The notes beneath the pieces are model-generated. The model saw only the letters and a program-made list of their open reading frames with translations. It did no database searches and was not told where the DNA came from. The position numbers were made by a program, and so were the translations under genes. This document shows, piece by piece, positions 25,576 to 39,494 of a DNA stretch of 64,000 bases (position 1 is the stretch's first letter; every line of letters starts with the position of its first letter). This DNA is from Octopus vulgaris (Eukaryota). Location: NCBI GenBank assembly GCA_951406725.2, contig OX597823.1, forward strand, positions 80,848,001-80,912,000, in the 5' to 3' direction.

Positions 25576-28500
25576 CGTCCGTCCGTCCGTCCGTCCGTCT
25601 GTCTGTCTGTCTGTCTGTCTAGATGGATAGATAGACACACACATATATTTGCGTGTATGTGAAAGATGAGTGGACCAGGGATAACTGTGTTTATGTGGCA
25701 TGAGCCAAGCCCTATCCAAGGAGCAGAGGAGATAGTAGTAATGATAGAAAAGCAAAAAAAAAACGAAAAGATAAAGAGAGACAGCATTATTGTGGACCAG
25801 AGACAAGGGTGAGGTTTATGCCAATTGGTTGTGACTCTTCTGGATGCTGTATAGGACATCTGTGTGCACTGCAGCAGCAGCAGTGGCACTGTTTCAAATG
25901 TGAGAGTAATATTCCATTGTGGGCCTCACCTGAGCTTTGTATGTAGAATATCAATAATTGTTGGAGCCTGAATTATCAACTGGTACCAAATGGAAGGGCC
26001 AGTTGTTGTGATGCAGCCTTAACTATGTTAAGGGTGTTCTAGCAAGCCCCAACATTGAGAACAATTGTGAGGGCTCTAGCGGCATGTTGCACATGATTTA
26101 GAAGTGTGTGGTGCAATGATGTTTTCTTGATATGAGCATGTGTTTTTATGAAAGAAGCAAGTGGAGGAAGGTTTTAAGGTTTTTCTTAATGTTGTTGTTA
26201 CTGTTGTTAATGCATTACTAGTGTTATTATTGCTCTTATTTTTGCTTTCATTACTCTTGTTTGTAATATTTTGCTCATCCCTCAAGGCAACCAGCTGTTA
26301 TGATCATTAGCACACTGAGAAAAATGCTTAGCACAATTTTTTCCATCTTTATATTCTGAGTTCAAATGCTGCTGAGGCAAAATTTGCCTTTTCTCATTTC
26401 AAGGTCAATGAAGTAAGTACCAGTTGAACACTGAGGTCAATGAAATCGACTAACCCCTTCCATGAAATATGCTGGCCTTGTGTCAAAATTGAAATCATTA
26501 TTTCAAAATAATTTGAAATCATTATTGAATGAGAGAGCAGTGCATGCCATCAAACTGACACTGGGGTAAAATACACAAAGCCCAATATACCCATCATGTG
26601 TACCTGTCTGATTATGGTATGTCAGGTACATGTATCACAAACATATGTGCATTATATGGTGATTCTGTATCAAGATAAACAGTGCATGACCTTGCAGATG
26701 GGGTCCAGTTAGAATTTTCTTCAGGTCAAGTAGGCCATCCCACACAAAAGTTCCCTGAATAAGGGTTGTTTAAGGATGATGAACAAAACACCCATGTTTC
26801 CCGAAGTGAATTATCCAAATTCCAAAGAATTCCACTCATAACATAGCTATGATGCACCCCCACCACTTCTGCTCGTGGTCAGCAATGCACATGAAGTTAC
26901 CCACTAAGGGATATGCTCAACTGGTTAAGGTCAAACAACTGACAAACAAATCTGTGGTGTTGAGCAGAATATTTGCTGTAGCCCATCTTTTATACCAAGA
27001 CAAAATAATTTACATGATAACACTTCCAATCAGCTAATACCAAGAGCCACGAGAGCCACTGCCTGGGACTGCATCAGGGCCTTTATTATTATTATTTGAT
27101 GAAAACTCTCAGCTTATTTTGCTGGGTATGATGGAAAGTATCAGCTGTCCACAACCAGCAGACTAAGGTAACACTTATTTACTGGTCATACTTCAAGAAC
27201 CTTGCATAGAATTCTTGCAGTTCCAAGCAATACTGATTTTTCTAGGTGTTCAATTTTTACATTTGTACCAATCTTTTTGAGCCATGTTGGTTGGCAGTTG
27301 AGTGCTGATACTTCCAAGTGTGCCAGTTACTATTGGTATCATGTCTCTTCTCATTAACCACAACCTTCGTATTTCTCACTTAAAATTGTCATAGTTGTTC
27401 AGTTTTTCATCTTTCTCTTTAATCCTGTTGTCACCAGGATATGCTATGCTGATTATCATGCAAGTTTTTGTTATTTACCACAACAATGTCTGGTTTCTGA
27501 TGTCTGGTCAGGTGACTGCACTGAATCATTGGATCCCACAAGATTTTGCAATCTTCATTCTCGGTGACTCCTTCTGGAGTTTGCTCATTCTTTGCTCTTT
27601 GTCGGCTATGATTTTCACAGGGCTCTCAATGATTCTTTTTTGCACATTGTCATTTTGTCTTTTGTAATCACGTTGTGTCAATTTTGAGCATTTGCTAATG
27701 ATGTGCCATACCATTTCACCATTCTCACTATATGTTCTGCATTTGCTACTCTCAGGAGTCTTCTCGATTCTGTATCTCACATAGTTAGTCCTTAATGCTT
27801 GTTCTTGTGCTGCACATATAAGTGCTTCTGCCTCTATTTTTCAGGTCACTCCTCCCCATCCATAGCCACCAATCTTATGTAGCTGTCTTGGCATTCATAT
27901 CTCTTGCAAACTGACCATACATTGTTTCTTCTTACATGTTTCTTTTTTTGTGTTCTTTTCCTCTAAGTTTTTCTTTCTTTACACATTTATTAATTTTTAT
28001 GATGCCAGACTTCTTCACATGTTTCAAAAGTGGTTCCATAGTATTTTTTACATATCAGCCTAAGCTCTTTTCGTCTGCTTCAATACAATCCTGGCAACTG
28101 ATGAAATCTCTCTCACTCCTTCTTCTGGACAAGTACAGCCTATCAGTATCACTCTTAGGGTGGAATGCTCTATGCACTGTCAATATTTTTCTTGTCTTCG
28201 AATCCATGTTTATCAGTTCTATCTTTTGACAGTTTATTATTATTATTATTATTATGAATACTATTATTAAGGCAGCAAGCTGGCAGAATCGTTAACATGC
28301 ACGGCAAAATGCTTAGAGGCATTTCATCTATCTTTATCTTCTGAGTACAAATTCCTCCAAGGCTGAGTTTGCCTTCCATCATTTCAAGGTTGATAAAATA
28401 AGTACCAGTTGAACACTGGGGTTGATGTAATTTACTTATCCTCTCCCCTGAATTAGCTGGCCATGATCTTGTGCCAAAACTTGAAATTATCATCATCATC

Positions 28501-28998
28501 ATTTACTTTTAATTTGCATGTTTGTTACAATCACTTGCTGGGACACACCCAGCATCCTAGGGCAAGTAAAGGTTAAGAGATGTTACAGTATGACTGAAAG
28601 CTTGGGGAGGGGAAGGGGCAGGGACAGTAGTGAAATATTTTTATATAATACAACACTGACGTTTAAATGGATAGAAGTTTTCTAGGGATGAGGGTGGTAC
28701 TTGTCAGCACAATCTTTTGGATTTCTCATGAGATATTATGTAGATGTTTCTGACATCCCTTTCTTATCATACATAGGGTACCCACAATAACATGAACAGT
28801 TCTTGCTTTAAGATGCCACATCTTTTGTATTTCAATTTCCAGGTCCTTATATTTACATAATTTGTCAAATTCCATTGTAGATATATCTTTATCAGTGGGA
28901 ACACTTACATCTATTAGTCTACAAGTGTTTTCTTCTCTTTCTTTAATGACTATGTCAGGTCAATTAGCCTGGACCATTCTGTTGGTGTTGACTGGAAA

Positions 28999-29032
<34 letters not shown>

Positions 29033-29702
29033 TATGTTTGACATTTGCTTTATATTTGTACAAGTTGGCTCCAAGTCTCACCCAGAGACCTTAAGAGACA
29101 GCAGGCTGGAAGTTCATGTTGTTGTTATGCCTAGTGTGCCATATATTTGGTTTTGTATTTAGAGTTGTACTAGTGAATGCTTAAAAAAAACCATACGAAA
29201 ATTATGTTTGTTTTAAAACTTGAGATTACATAGAAAGTATTTTGCGTAGGATATGAGCAGTTCCCATGAGCATATCTTTTGAATTTCTGCCATTTTTGGG
29301 TTTCCTGGTATCTGAGTTAGGTAGCAACCAGCCCCTTTTGCTATCATTCCCAGGGCACCTATGCCAACAGGTATTGTTTTAGTTTTCAGGTTCCACAGTT
29401 TGCTGATTTCTATTTCAAGATCTTTATATTTGCTCAGTTTTTGGTAGGTCTTGACAGATACGTGTATATCGATTGGGACAGTCATATCAACGAGGAGGCA
29501 TGTTCTTCGTCTGAAGTCTTTCAATATGATGTCTGACCTATTTGCATCTATCTTTCTGTTAGTTTGAATAGTGAAGTCTCAGAGGAGTGAGATGTGGTCA
29601 TTTTCAAGCACTGGAGGTGGTTTGTGTTCCCACCAGTTTTTTGCATGGGGCAAATCCAGGTTTTTGCAAATTACCCCGTGAATATATTGTGCAGCTCTAT
29701 CA

Positions 29703-29756
<54 letters not shown>

Positions 29757-30255
29757 GGTAGTGAGCTGGCAGAATCGTTAGTATGCCAGGAAAGATGCTC
29801 AGAAACATTTTGTTTATCTTTACCTTCTAAGTTCAAATTCTGCCAAGGTTGACTTTGCCTTTCATCATTTCATGGTTGATCAAAAAAAGTACCAGTTGAA
29901 CACTGGAGTTGATGTAATCGATAGACCTTTCCCTTAAAATTGCTGGCCTTGTGCCAAAACTTGAAACCAATATTTTGTTCATCTCTCTTTGTAACTCATC
30001 TTTACTTGTTAATAGAGTGAAAATTACTTCAAATCAATTCATGTTCTCTTGATGTTTATATATTCTGTTGTGTCTGGGGAGAGTTATTCTCTTTTAGTAC
30101 CTTATAATTTAACACACTAGTAAAATGTCCACTTATTTCTTTTTTATTTTCCCAAAATTTTCGTTGCATCTTGCAACCTTTTCAATAGTTTTGAATATAT
30201 ATTCTTTTTCTCCTCGTGAAGGCCAAGTCTGCTTCTCCAGATTCATGTTTTTCTA

Positions 30256-30287
<32 letters not shown>

Positions 30288-31065
30288 CTTTATATATAAA
30301 AGAAAGGTTGTGTGCTGTCTGTCTTCTACGATTTAGATTCCTAACTACTCCCACATTTTGCGGTGCAGTTTAACCAAAACCGGGTATCTTATAGTCGTGA
30401 TTCATATCGAGCCCTTCTGGGTATTAGCGCGCATCTACGGTGAGTCTACGATTTAAAAAAAATTTACCATCAATTTTTCCCATTTTTAATGCATTTTTGG
30501 CATATATAAGGGAAGTAACTCTCTAAAAATTTATTATTAAATCTCAGCACGTAAAAAGCTACAGTAACACCCCCCCCTTTGTGGTTAGCCATATTGAGAT
30601 GGCTATTATACTTTACATCTCTAAAAATGCTTATTTAGTTATTTCCCTTACAAACCCGAGCAACGTCATGCAATACTGCTAGTATATATATATATATGTA
30701 TATATATAGTTGAAATTTATAGAAAAACAAAAGATGAGAGACAAGTGTATGAACAACAAGCAAGTGTATTAGTTAGATGCTTGGGAAAAATGGAAAAGTC
30801 TTTTATATTTCGAACATATGCTCATCAACAGAAAGTAATAAGAGGCGTATCTGTATGCATGTGTATGTGTCTATGTTTGTTACCAACCATCAGTTTACAA
30901 TTGGTGTTTGTGTGTTTACGTTTCTGTAACTTAGTAGTTTGGCAAAAAGAAACAAATAGAATAAGTACCAGGCTTGAAATAGAACTGCAGACAATATGTT
31001 TGACTGAAATTCTTCAAGGTGGGGACCCAACATGGCCACAGTCGAATGACTGAAATAAGTAAAAG

Positions 31066-31100
<35 letters not shown>

Positions 31101-31223
31101 CTGAATGACTGAAATAAGTAAAAGATGATATATATATATATATATGACTGAATGACTGAAATAAGTAAAATATAATATATATATATATATATATTTCAAT
31201 AATATGACTGAAATAAGTAAAAG

Positions 31224-31260
<37 letters not shown>

Positions 31261-31657
31261 CAATAATAACAAAAGGGTAAAATTAATTAATTGTTTAATT
31301 TAAAGTAAAATTTAAAGTAAATGTTACACGTTTTCAGCTCCTTCTTATAAATTTAAGGTATTATACAAAGATGAATGAAGTTTGGTTTGAAATGACTTGA
31401 AATATTCAAGATCTTTAAATGGAAGGATGAGATAATAAAAGGTGTATTGAAGGAGACAGAAAGAAAAAGTGAGAGAATGTGAGGAAAAAGGGAGATAGAG
31501 AGAGAGAGAAAAAAAGAAAGAGAGACAAAGGTAAAGAGAAAGATTTAGAGAGAGAAAGTCTGAGAGGGAAAGGCTGAGAAGAAGATAGAAATGGCTGAAA
31601 GAGAGAGAGAAAGAGTGAGAAAAAAGAGAAAACTGAAAGAGTTTGAGTGAAAGAGAA

Positions 31658-31699
<42 letters not shown>

Positions 31700-34310
31700 A
31701 GAATAAGAGAGAAAGGCACAGATAGAACGAGAAAGAAATAAACTGAGAGGGGGGAGGGAAAAGAGAGAGGAGGGAGAGAGATTTAGTAAGTGGAATGGTG
31801 GATCAGTGATAACAGAATACAATTTTCAACCCCTTAATCCTTTAGTGTTTAAACCAGCCATATCAGGCCAAAATTGTCTTCCAGTTTTATGCTCAAACCA
31901 ACCAGCTCTGACCTCTCACACCTACCCTACAAAGTCATTCTAAAAATGCACAGGGACATCATCAAAATCCCGGAGTTACATGATGCTGTACAATTAATTT
32001 AAAACAATGTAATTAAAGAGGCTTTACATTTGACAGAGTAATCTGAATGCTAAAGAGTTAAACATCTCTCTTTTATTTCAGCTCTCACTTTTGTCCAACA
32101 ACTAAAACCGTTATTGAAACGAAATCCCAACCCTGCAAAGATATTATGAATATGATTACCAAAGGCTATTTCCTGGATAACAATACAACAGAAACAAAGG
32201 AAGTCAATGTCACTAGCAAATCATTCCTAAATTCCATGTTAAACTCAAACAAAACATGTGCGTTTAAAAAGTAAGTTAAATTTTTGTTTTATTTGATGTT
32301 TTATTTGACGTTCCAGATCAGTCTTGATTAACCCTTTCGTTACTGTAATTATTTTGAGATGCTCTGTGTTTCTCTCCATTATTTTAGATATAACAAAGAA
32401 TTTTGTAAAATAAGTTAGTTATCATTCAGCTAGAGTTGGGAACAGTAATTGTGACTGAGATTTCGTGGAAGGTTTTAATTAAAAACTTATGGAAACAAGA
32501 CTACAGAGCCAGAGGCGATTTCAGTCAGGTTGGTCACGAAAGGGTTAAGCAGACACATTATCAAAGGTATTACAGTTATCACCAATAGTTTCCTTTTTAA
32601 GAGGCTAGGTTGTGATCTCACACTAAAAGAAGTTTAAACTGATTGATGTATCTTCATTGTTGTTACCACTCTAATTCTATATTCCCTACATGGTCTTTCA
32701 ATGCCAGAATAATATGTTCTCTTTAGGGTTGTAAACCTTGAATTTATTTTAAAACAAGACATATGTTATATTGCATAACCAATTTTGAAATTTTTCTAAT
32801 ATAAATTCAAAATTAATGAAGCTCTAAACTTTGAAACTGTTGACAGTTATGACCAAGTTCAGGAAATTGTTAATGTCCACAGTAGAAGTACCACTTTATT
32901 TTCTCTTTGTTGCTGTTATTTCTGTTTATTTGAAATAGGACTTCTGAGTTTGTTTTTTTATTTCATTCTATTTTTATTTAGGGAAAAAACCTAGGTTTGC
33001 AATCCAGTTAGTTTCCAATTGGAACAGTTTTACTTCTTCTGTAACTCTAAAGCTTTATGCCTATTTATCAAATTGTTATTATGACACTCCAAATACTATA
33101 TATATTTATTTTTTATTACATACATATAAGAGGGATGACCACAAGGTGGACATCCAATATGCTAAATGTAGACTTCATATGGTCTGACCACTAAGAAAAA
33201 ATTGTTCTCAGTGGTCAGACCATATGGGGTCTACATTTAGCATATTGGATGTCCACCTAGTGGTCATCCCTTTTATATGTATGTAATATAATTTTTTCTG
33301 AATCTTCAGATTTTTTCTAAATGCTAAGCCACTGGTTTAAATTGATATTAATCAAATTAATATTAATTTTTTACCCTTATTATTTAAATTTATATTTACT
33401 TTTTAGTTAGTTATTCAACAGGGGAGGCCATTGCTGGAGTATCAGTACTATACTTAATTCAACTGGATATTTCAGAATGATTCTTAACAATCTTGCCAAA
33501 ATTTTAATTAATCACATATAACAATTAATTTTTTTTACCCCCCTATTAAAATAGTCAAAAAAAATGTTTCTTTCATGGTTCAATAAATGTTTTTACTCAT
33601 ACAATACAATTAAACAATTTTTAAGGGATCAGTAAAAGAGATGGTGTTTCATTCACAATTTTCTCAAAAAGCATTTCATGATAAGTTAACTTTTCTAATT
33701 TCTTCCTTAGAACTGCTCAAAGCATTCAACAAGGCTGTTGTTATGGATATATGGGTGCTTCTTGTGATCAAGGTCAGTTACTGCAATTTTCTTGATTCCA
33801 TTCTTGTAGGTTCTTATTTAATTTTGTGTTTTAAATGTAGGTGGTTAGGGTATCTGACGCATGATTGTAAGGTTGTGAGTTCGATTCCCAGTGGCATGTT
33901 GTGTCCTTTAGCAAGACATTTTATTTCACATTTCTCCAGTTCACCCATATATGTATATAATTAAGAGAAATAACCTCTATTAAGTAATTCAATTGATAGT
34001 GAAAGATATTATCTATATCAAATCCTATAGAAAAAATCTTAAATATATTATAAATATTATTCTAAAAATCACTAAATTAAATAAACATTAATTTAATTTA
34101 GTGATTTTTTAGAATACTATTTATTATAATATATTTCAATTTTTCTATATGATTTAATATAGTTAATATATCTTTCACTATCAATTGACTTACTTAATAG
34201 AGGTTATTTCATTTAATTATATACATATATTATATGTTGTGAAATTTGATTTAGTATTGCTAAATTGAATTTTTCCCTGTAAGTTTGGAATTTTATATTC
34301 CCTACTATTA

Positions 34311-34345
<35 letters not shown>

Positions 34346-34698
34346 ATAATAAATATTAGGGAATAAATCCAAATTTACAGGGAAAAATCAGATTTAGGAT
34401 TAAAACCAATTTTATAGTAAAATATTATATAATATAATTCGAGACAAAACCACTATTTTGCAAAACAAACAAGGAAAGACTTAATCAATACATAAAAATT
34501 TTTAATATAAAGAAATAAACCGCCACTACAATCGTTTCATGTCTTCAATGACATTCGTCAGGTGGATTTTCGATCTCCTAATCTGTTTTAATTTATGAAA
34601 CGATTGTAGTGGCGGTTTATTTCTTTATATTAAGAATTTTTATGTATTGATTAAGTCTTTCCTTGTTTGTTTTGCAAAATAGTGGTTTTGTCTCGAAT

Positions 34699-34739
<41 letters not shown>

Positions 34740-36428
34740 TGTATACATATATCTGTGTGTGTACCTTTGTGTTTATGTTTGTCTCACTATCACTACTTGA
34801 CAACCAGTGTTGGTGTGTTTATGTCCCCATAAATTAATGGTTCAGCAAAAGAGACCAACAGAATATATACTAGGCTTTAAAAAAAGTCCTGGGGTTGATT
34901 TGCTCAACTAAAACCTCTCAAGTGGTGCTCCAACATGGCCGCAGTCAAATGATTGAAACAAGTAAAAAGAATAAAAGAATAAAAGAATGTAAAAGTACAA
35001 GATATATTTTTTGGAATTTCATATTGACTCAATTGGATAACAAACTGTTTGTAACCTTATTAGAAAAATCTGAGCTAAATTATAAATTATGAAGCTTTAT
35101 TTTTGTAATAGAATTCCTGAAGTTGTTTAATCTGTTAATCTCTTTAAATTAATTTCATCTTGTCTTGTGTTTTGTAGCCATTTGTGAGCCACCATGTGAA
35201 AATTTTGGTGTTTGTGTTGCTCCTAATTACTGTTCATGTTTGATTGGTTATGTTGGCTACCGATGTGAAGACAGGATTGCTGGTAAGGTGACAGCCATAT
35301 GAATTTATTGTGAAAAACCATATATATGTGCATATGTACCCTGTGAATTAAATGTCACGTCCTGCCAAGTTAAAGTCTTTGTAATATAGGTCTAATTCCA
35401 AAATAACTTTAGCTGTTTTGGTTTTATTGTTCTTCCTACTTGTGAATTCGTGTCATATTCAACAACCAAGACAGATTTGCACTATGAAGTTGAATTGTCT
35501 TTGAAAAGTTACTAAAGGACAAAGTTTTCAGTACAGACTCAAAAGAGCATTTTCCATTTCATTTATTATGTTGTAGGTCTGAGAGTCCTAATGAAAATGG
35601 CTTGAAGTCTTTTGATTCATCATCATCATCATCATTTAATGTCCGTTTTCCATGCTAGCATGGGTTGGACGGTTTTGACTGAGGGCTGGCAACCAGATGG
35701 CTGCACCAGGCTCCAGTCTTGATCTGGCAGAGTTTCTACAGCTGGATGCCCTTCCTAACAGCAACCACTCCAAGAGTGTAGTGGGTACTTTTTACGTGCC
35801 ACCTGCAGTTGACAAATCATATCTCCATTTGGCATTATATTTCCTCTCTTGTAAAAAGCAATCTATGATCAAGTGAAGTTATTCCCACTTCTGATGGTAC
35901 CATGTAACCCAGTACAATCTGTTACAAATGAGGGTGCTTTGCAGCTAAAACATAAATTTCACTCAGTTTACTAGGTGAAGAGGGTATTTGGAACCCAGCA
36001 TGATTAAAAATAAATCCTATCAAAAGACAAAAGAGATTTTCACTAAGAATCCAATGGCCAACTAAACATAAGATAAGCAATAAAGGATTATCTTCCAGTT
36101 GAAATACAGTATGGGTGATGCACCAATCTTTGTTGAATTGCTTCATGTGCATCTCCAGCTTTGTTATAGTCCAAACCAACTCATTAGACATCTTAAATAT
36201 ATTTATTTGTAGTGTTAATGGCTTAATTCAAAATATTCAATTCCAGTATTTTCACTGGGATCTTCAATGGCTGTTTTACATGTTCCAAGGCCTGTGCAGA
36301 TATGACCGCACAGCTGCTAGTGGTGCTCAGGTAATCATAAATAAGCACAGACAGCCTCAGTCTTCTCAACCTTGTCTCAGTGGAACATAGCTGAAGAGAG
36401 AGGGGGAGAGAGAAAGAGAGAGAGAGAG

Positions 36429-36459
<31 letters not shown>

Positions 36460-36467
36460 AGGAAAGG

Positions 36468-36508
<41 letters not shown>

Positions 36509-39460
36509 GCTGTACTAGCATGAACCTGGTACTTTATTTATTGACTTTGAGAAGGCAAAGTTGAAGTCAGCGGGATCTGAACTATTATAAAATGGTTGAG
36601 TGGTAGAGTCATGAGAAGTCCTGATAGCCTGTGTTGCATTATTTTTCTAGTTCTTTGTGCTCTAAGTCCAAATACTGCGGAGATCAACTTTGCCTTTCAT
36701 TCTTTCCAGGTTGATAAATAAAGTACCAGCCCTATGCCTATGCTGGTAAAATTTTTTCTCCTTCCAGTTGTTATATTCTGGATGTGCTGTTAGGACAAGT
36801 GTGGAAGAGCTACGAGAATTGCGTGGTCATGTCAAACTATTTACAAAAGCATGGTACATGCTGACACCAAGTCATTCATGATTCCACGTAATAGCTGTAG
36901 TTACATGGCAATGTGTGTGTGTGTGTGCATGTGCATATGTGTGTGTGTGTGTATGTATGTGTGTGTGTGTGCATGTGTGCATGCTCATGAATTTATAAAT
37001 GGGAGAAAAAGTTTTCAAAACAGGAAAATTGATGCATTTATTCCAAACTGAGACCTGTCTCCATTGCTCCCCTGAGTTCCACACATATATAGATGCTTGC
37101 ATATAATATTAAGAAGCGTACTTAATAGTGAAGGCGCATGGCTCAGTGGTTAGAGTGTCGAGCTTACGATCGTGTGGTTGTGAGTTCAAATCCCAGACTG
37201 GGCTGCATCTTGTGTTCTTGAGCAAGACACTTTATTTCACGTTGCTCCAGTTCACTCAGCTGTAGAAATGAGTTGCGATGTCACAGGTGCCAAGCTGTAT
37301 CGGCCCCTTTGCCTTTCCCTTGGATAACACCGGTCACATGGAGAGGGGAGGCCGGTATGCATGGGCGACTGCTGGTCTTCCATAAACAACCTTGCCCCGA
37401 CTTGTACCTTCTTAATATTATATGCGTCTAAGTGCACTTAGATGTAAAATAAACATAAAAAAACATAATAAAATATTTAATCATTAATAAGAATGTGTTG
37501 CTAAATGTATTTCTTTTCAACTCAGATACATCTCCTACTCAGTATTATTGCTATAAAAATACTGATTGTGATGGAGTGAAATCAGAAAAAGCAGGAAATA
37601 ATGTCATGTCAAACGATGACTGTTGTAAGAAACACAAAGGTGGCAGCTGGGGTTTACCAAATCATCAATGTTCACAATGCTGGGATGGTGAGTAAATTAT
37701 TTATTTACAATCTGTTTTTTATTAGGTATCATTATCACTAATTATCCAGGCTTCTGATTGTCTTTTCAATATTCAGAATATTATTTTCTAGATTTGTTTT
37801 GGCTGTGCGGTTAGGGAGCTTGCTTCCTAGCTACATGGTTTCGGGTTCAGTCCCACTGCGTGGCACTTTGGGTAGGTGTCTTTCACTATAGCCTCGAGCT
37901 GACTGAAGCTTTGTGATTGAATTCGGTAGGCGGAAGTTACTGCTGTGTGTGTATGTGTGCATGTAGTGCTCAGTGTCTCTCCGAAAGAGAGAGAGGGAAA
38001 AGATGTATGTTTAGAAGTAGATTTTATTGTTGTTGTTGTTATTGTTATTTTTATTGTATTTCTTTTAAAAGTGGTGAGCTGGCAGAACAGTTAGTGTGCC
38101 AGACAAAATGCTTAGCAGCATTTTTTCCAGCTTTATGTTCTGAGGTCGATTTTGCCTTTTATCCTTTCGGGGTTGATAAAATAAGTACTCGTTGCACACT
38201 GGGGTCAATGTAATCAAGTCACCCTACCCACCATACCAAAAAAAAAAAAAAAAAAAGATTAGGCCTTGTACTTATAGTAGAAACTACAGATTTCTGGCCC
38301 CCCATCCCAACTTTGGATGATCATAACTTTCAGAAAAATGGATATTCCTTAATGAAATTTTCTACAAATATATGTTATATCATGTAGATTTCGAATATAC
38401 AAAATTTTTGGGGGAAAGTGTTTTAGGAGAGGGTGGGGTGGGGAATTTCTGAAAATTCACTAGAGTCCACTTCAATGTGTCTTACGTTGGACAGTTTTTT
38501 TTATACTTTTTATATTTTTTAAAATTAAGATAACCAAAGCTCTTTTTTAATCTAAAATATACTATCTTTATTTTCTACAATGCTCTTCCATCTGTCTGGT
38601 AGACTTGCAAGGTCCCTCTTCTAAAATTCACTTGCCTGTGATGAAAAATACTCCTCCAGTACTGTTCTGACCTCATCTACAGAATTCATATTTTTTCTAT
38701 TCAAATGATTTTGAAGACTGCAGAATAAATGATAATCAGATGGGGTAATGTCCAGTGAATATGATGGGCTGGGTATCATTTCGCATTCAAACTGCACTAA
38801 CATTTGGAATGTCATCCTCACTGTATGTGGCTGAGCATTGTCCTGATGGAAGAACATCTTTTGTCTTGAAACCAAAGATGGTGATTTTTCTTCTAGTACT
38901 GGTCTCGATGAATGGTTGAATGATCAAATCCAAGCCTCTCTGCTAGTTCCTCAACAGCTACGATAGGATTTTGTTCTACCATGGTTTGCAGGATGTCCTC
39001 ATCGAGAATTACAGATCTCTCAGGATGAAACTCATCTTCTAGGCTATAGTTTCTGGCTCAGAATTTCTGGAACCACCATTGACATTGGCTTACACTTATT
39101 GTCCGATCCCCATATATTGCATTAATATTGCTCACACTTTCCTTTGTGTAGTTGCCTTTATTGAACTCATAAAGCAAAATATGCCAAATGTGCTCCTTTG
39201 TCACTTCCATTATAGCTTTGAAAAAATAACTGTTAAAATCGAGCTGCACTCTTCTAAACTTGCACTAAGAATAAAGACAAGGTAAAATTACAACCAGCTT
39301 TTATAGCAAGTTGATGCAGGTAGTTTATCCTGTCCCCCTCCAACTTTTAGTTCTCGCAATTGAAAATTCCACATCGTTTATGGGATGACCCAATATATAT
39401 ATATATATATATATTGATAAAAACAGTAAGATAACAAAAGAAAGAAAGAGAGCTCGATAT

Positions 39461-39494
<34 letters not shown>

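Noticed and set aside
31046-31258. Repeat-spacer-like array resembling CRISPR
   Set aside because: Spacers are just (TA)n, the repeat is a SINE tail, the DNA is eukaryotic and there are no cas genes
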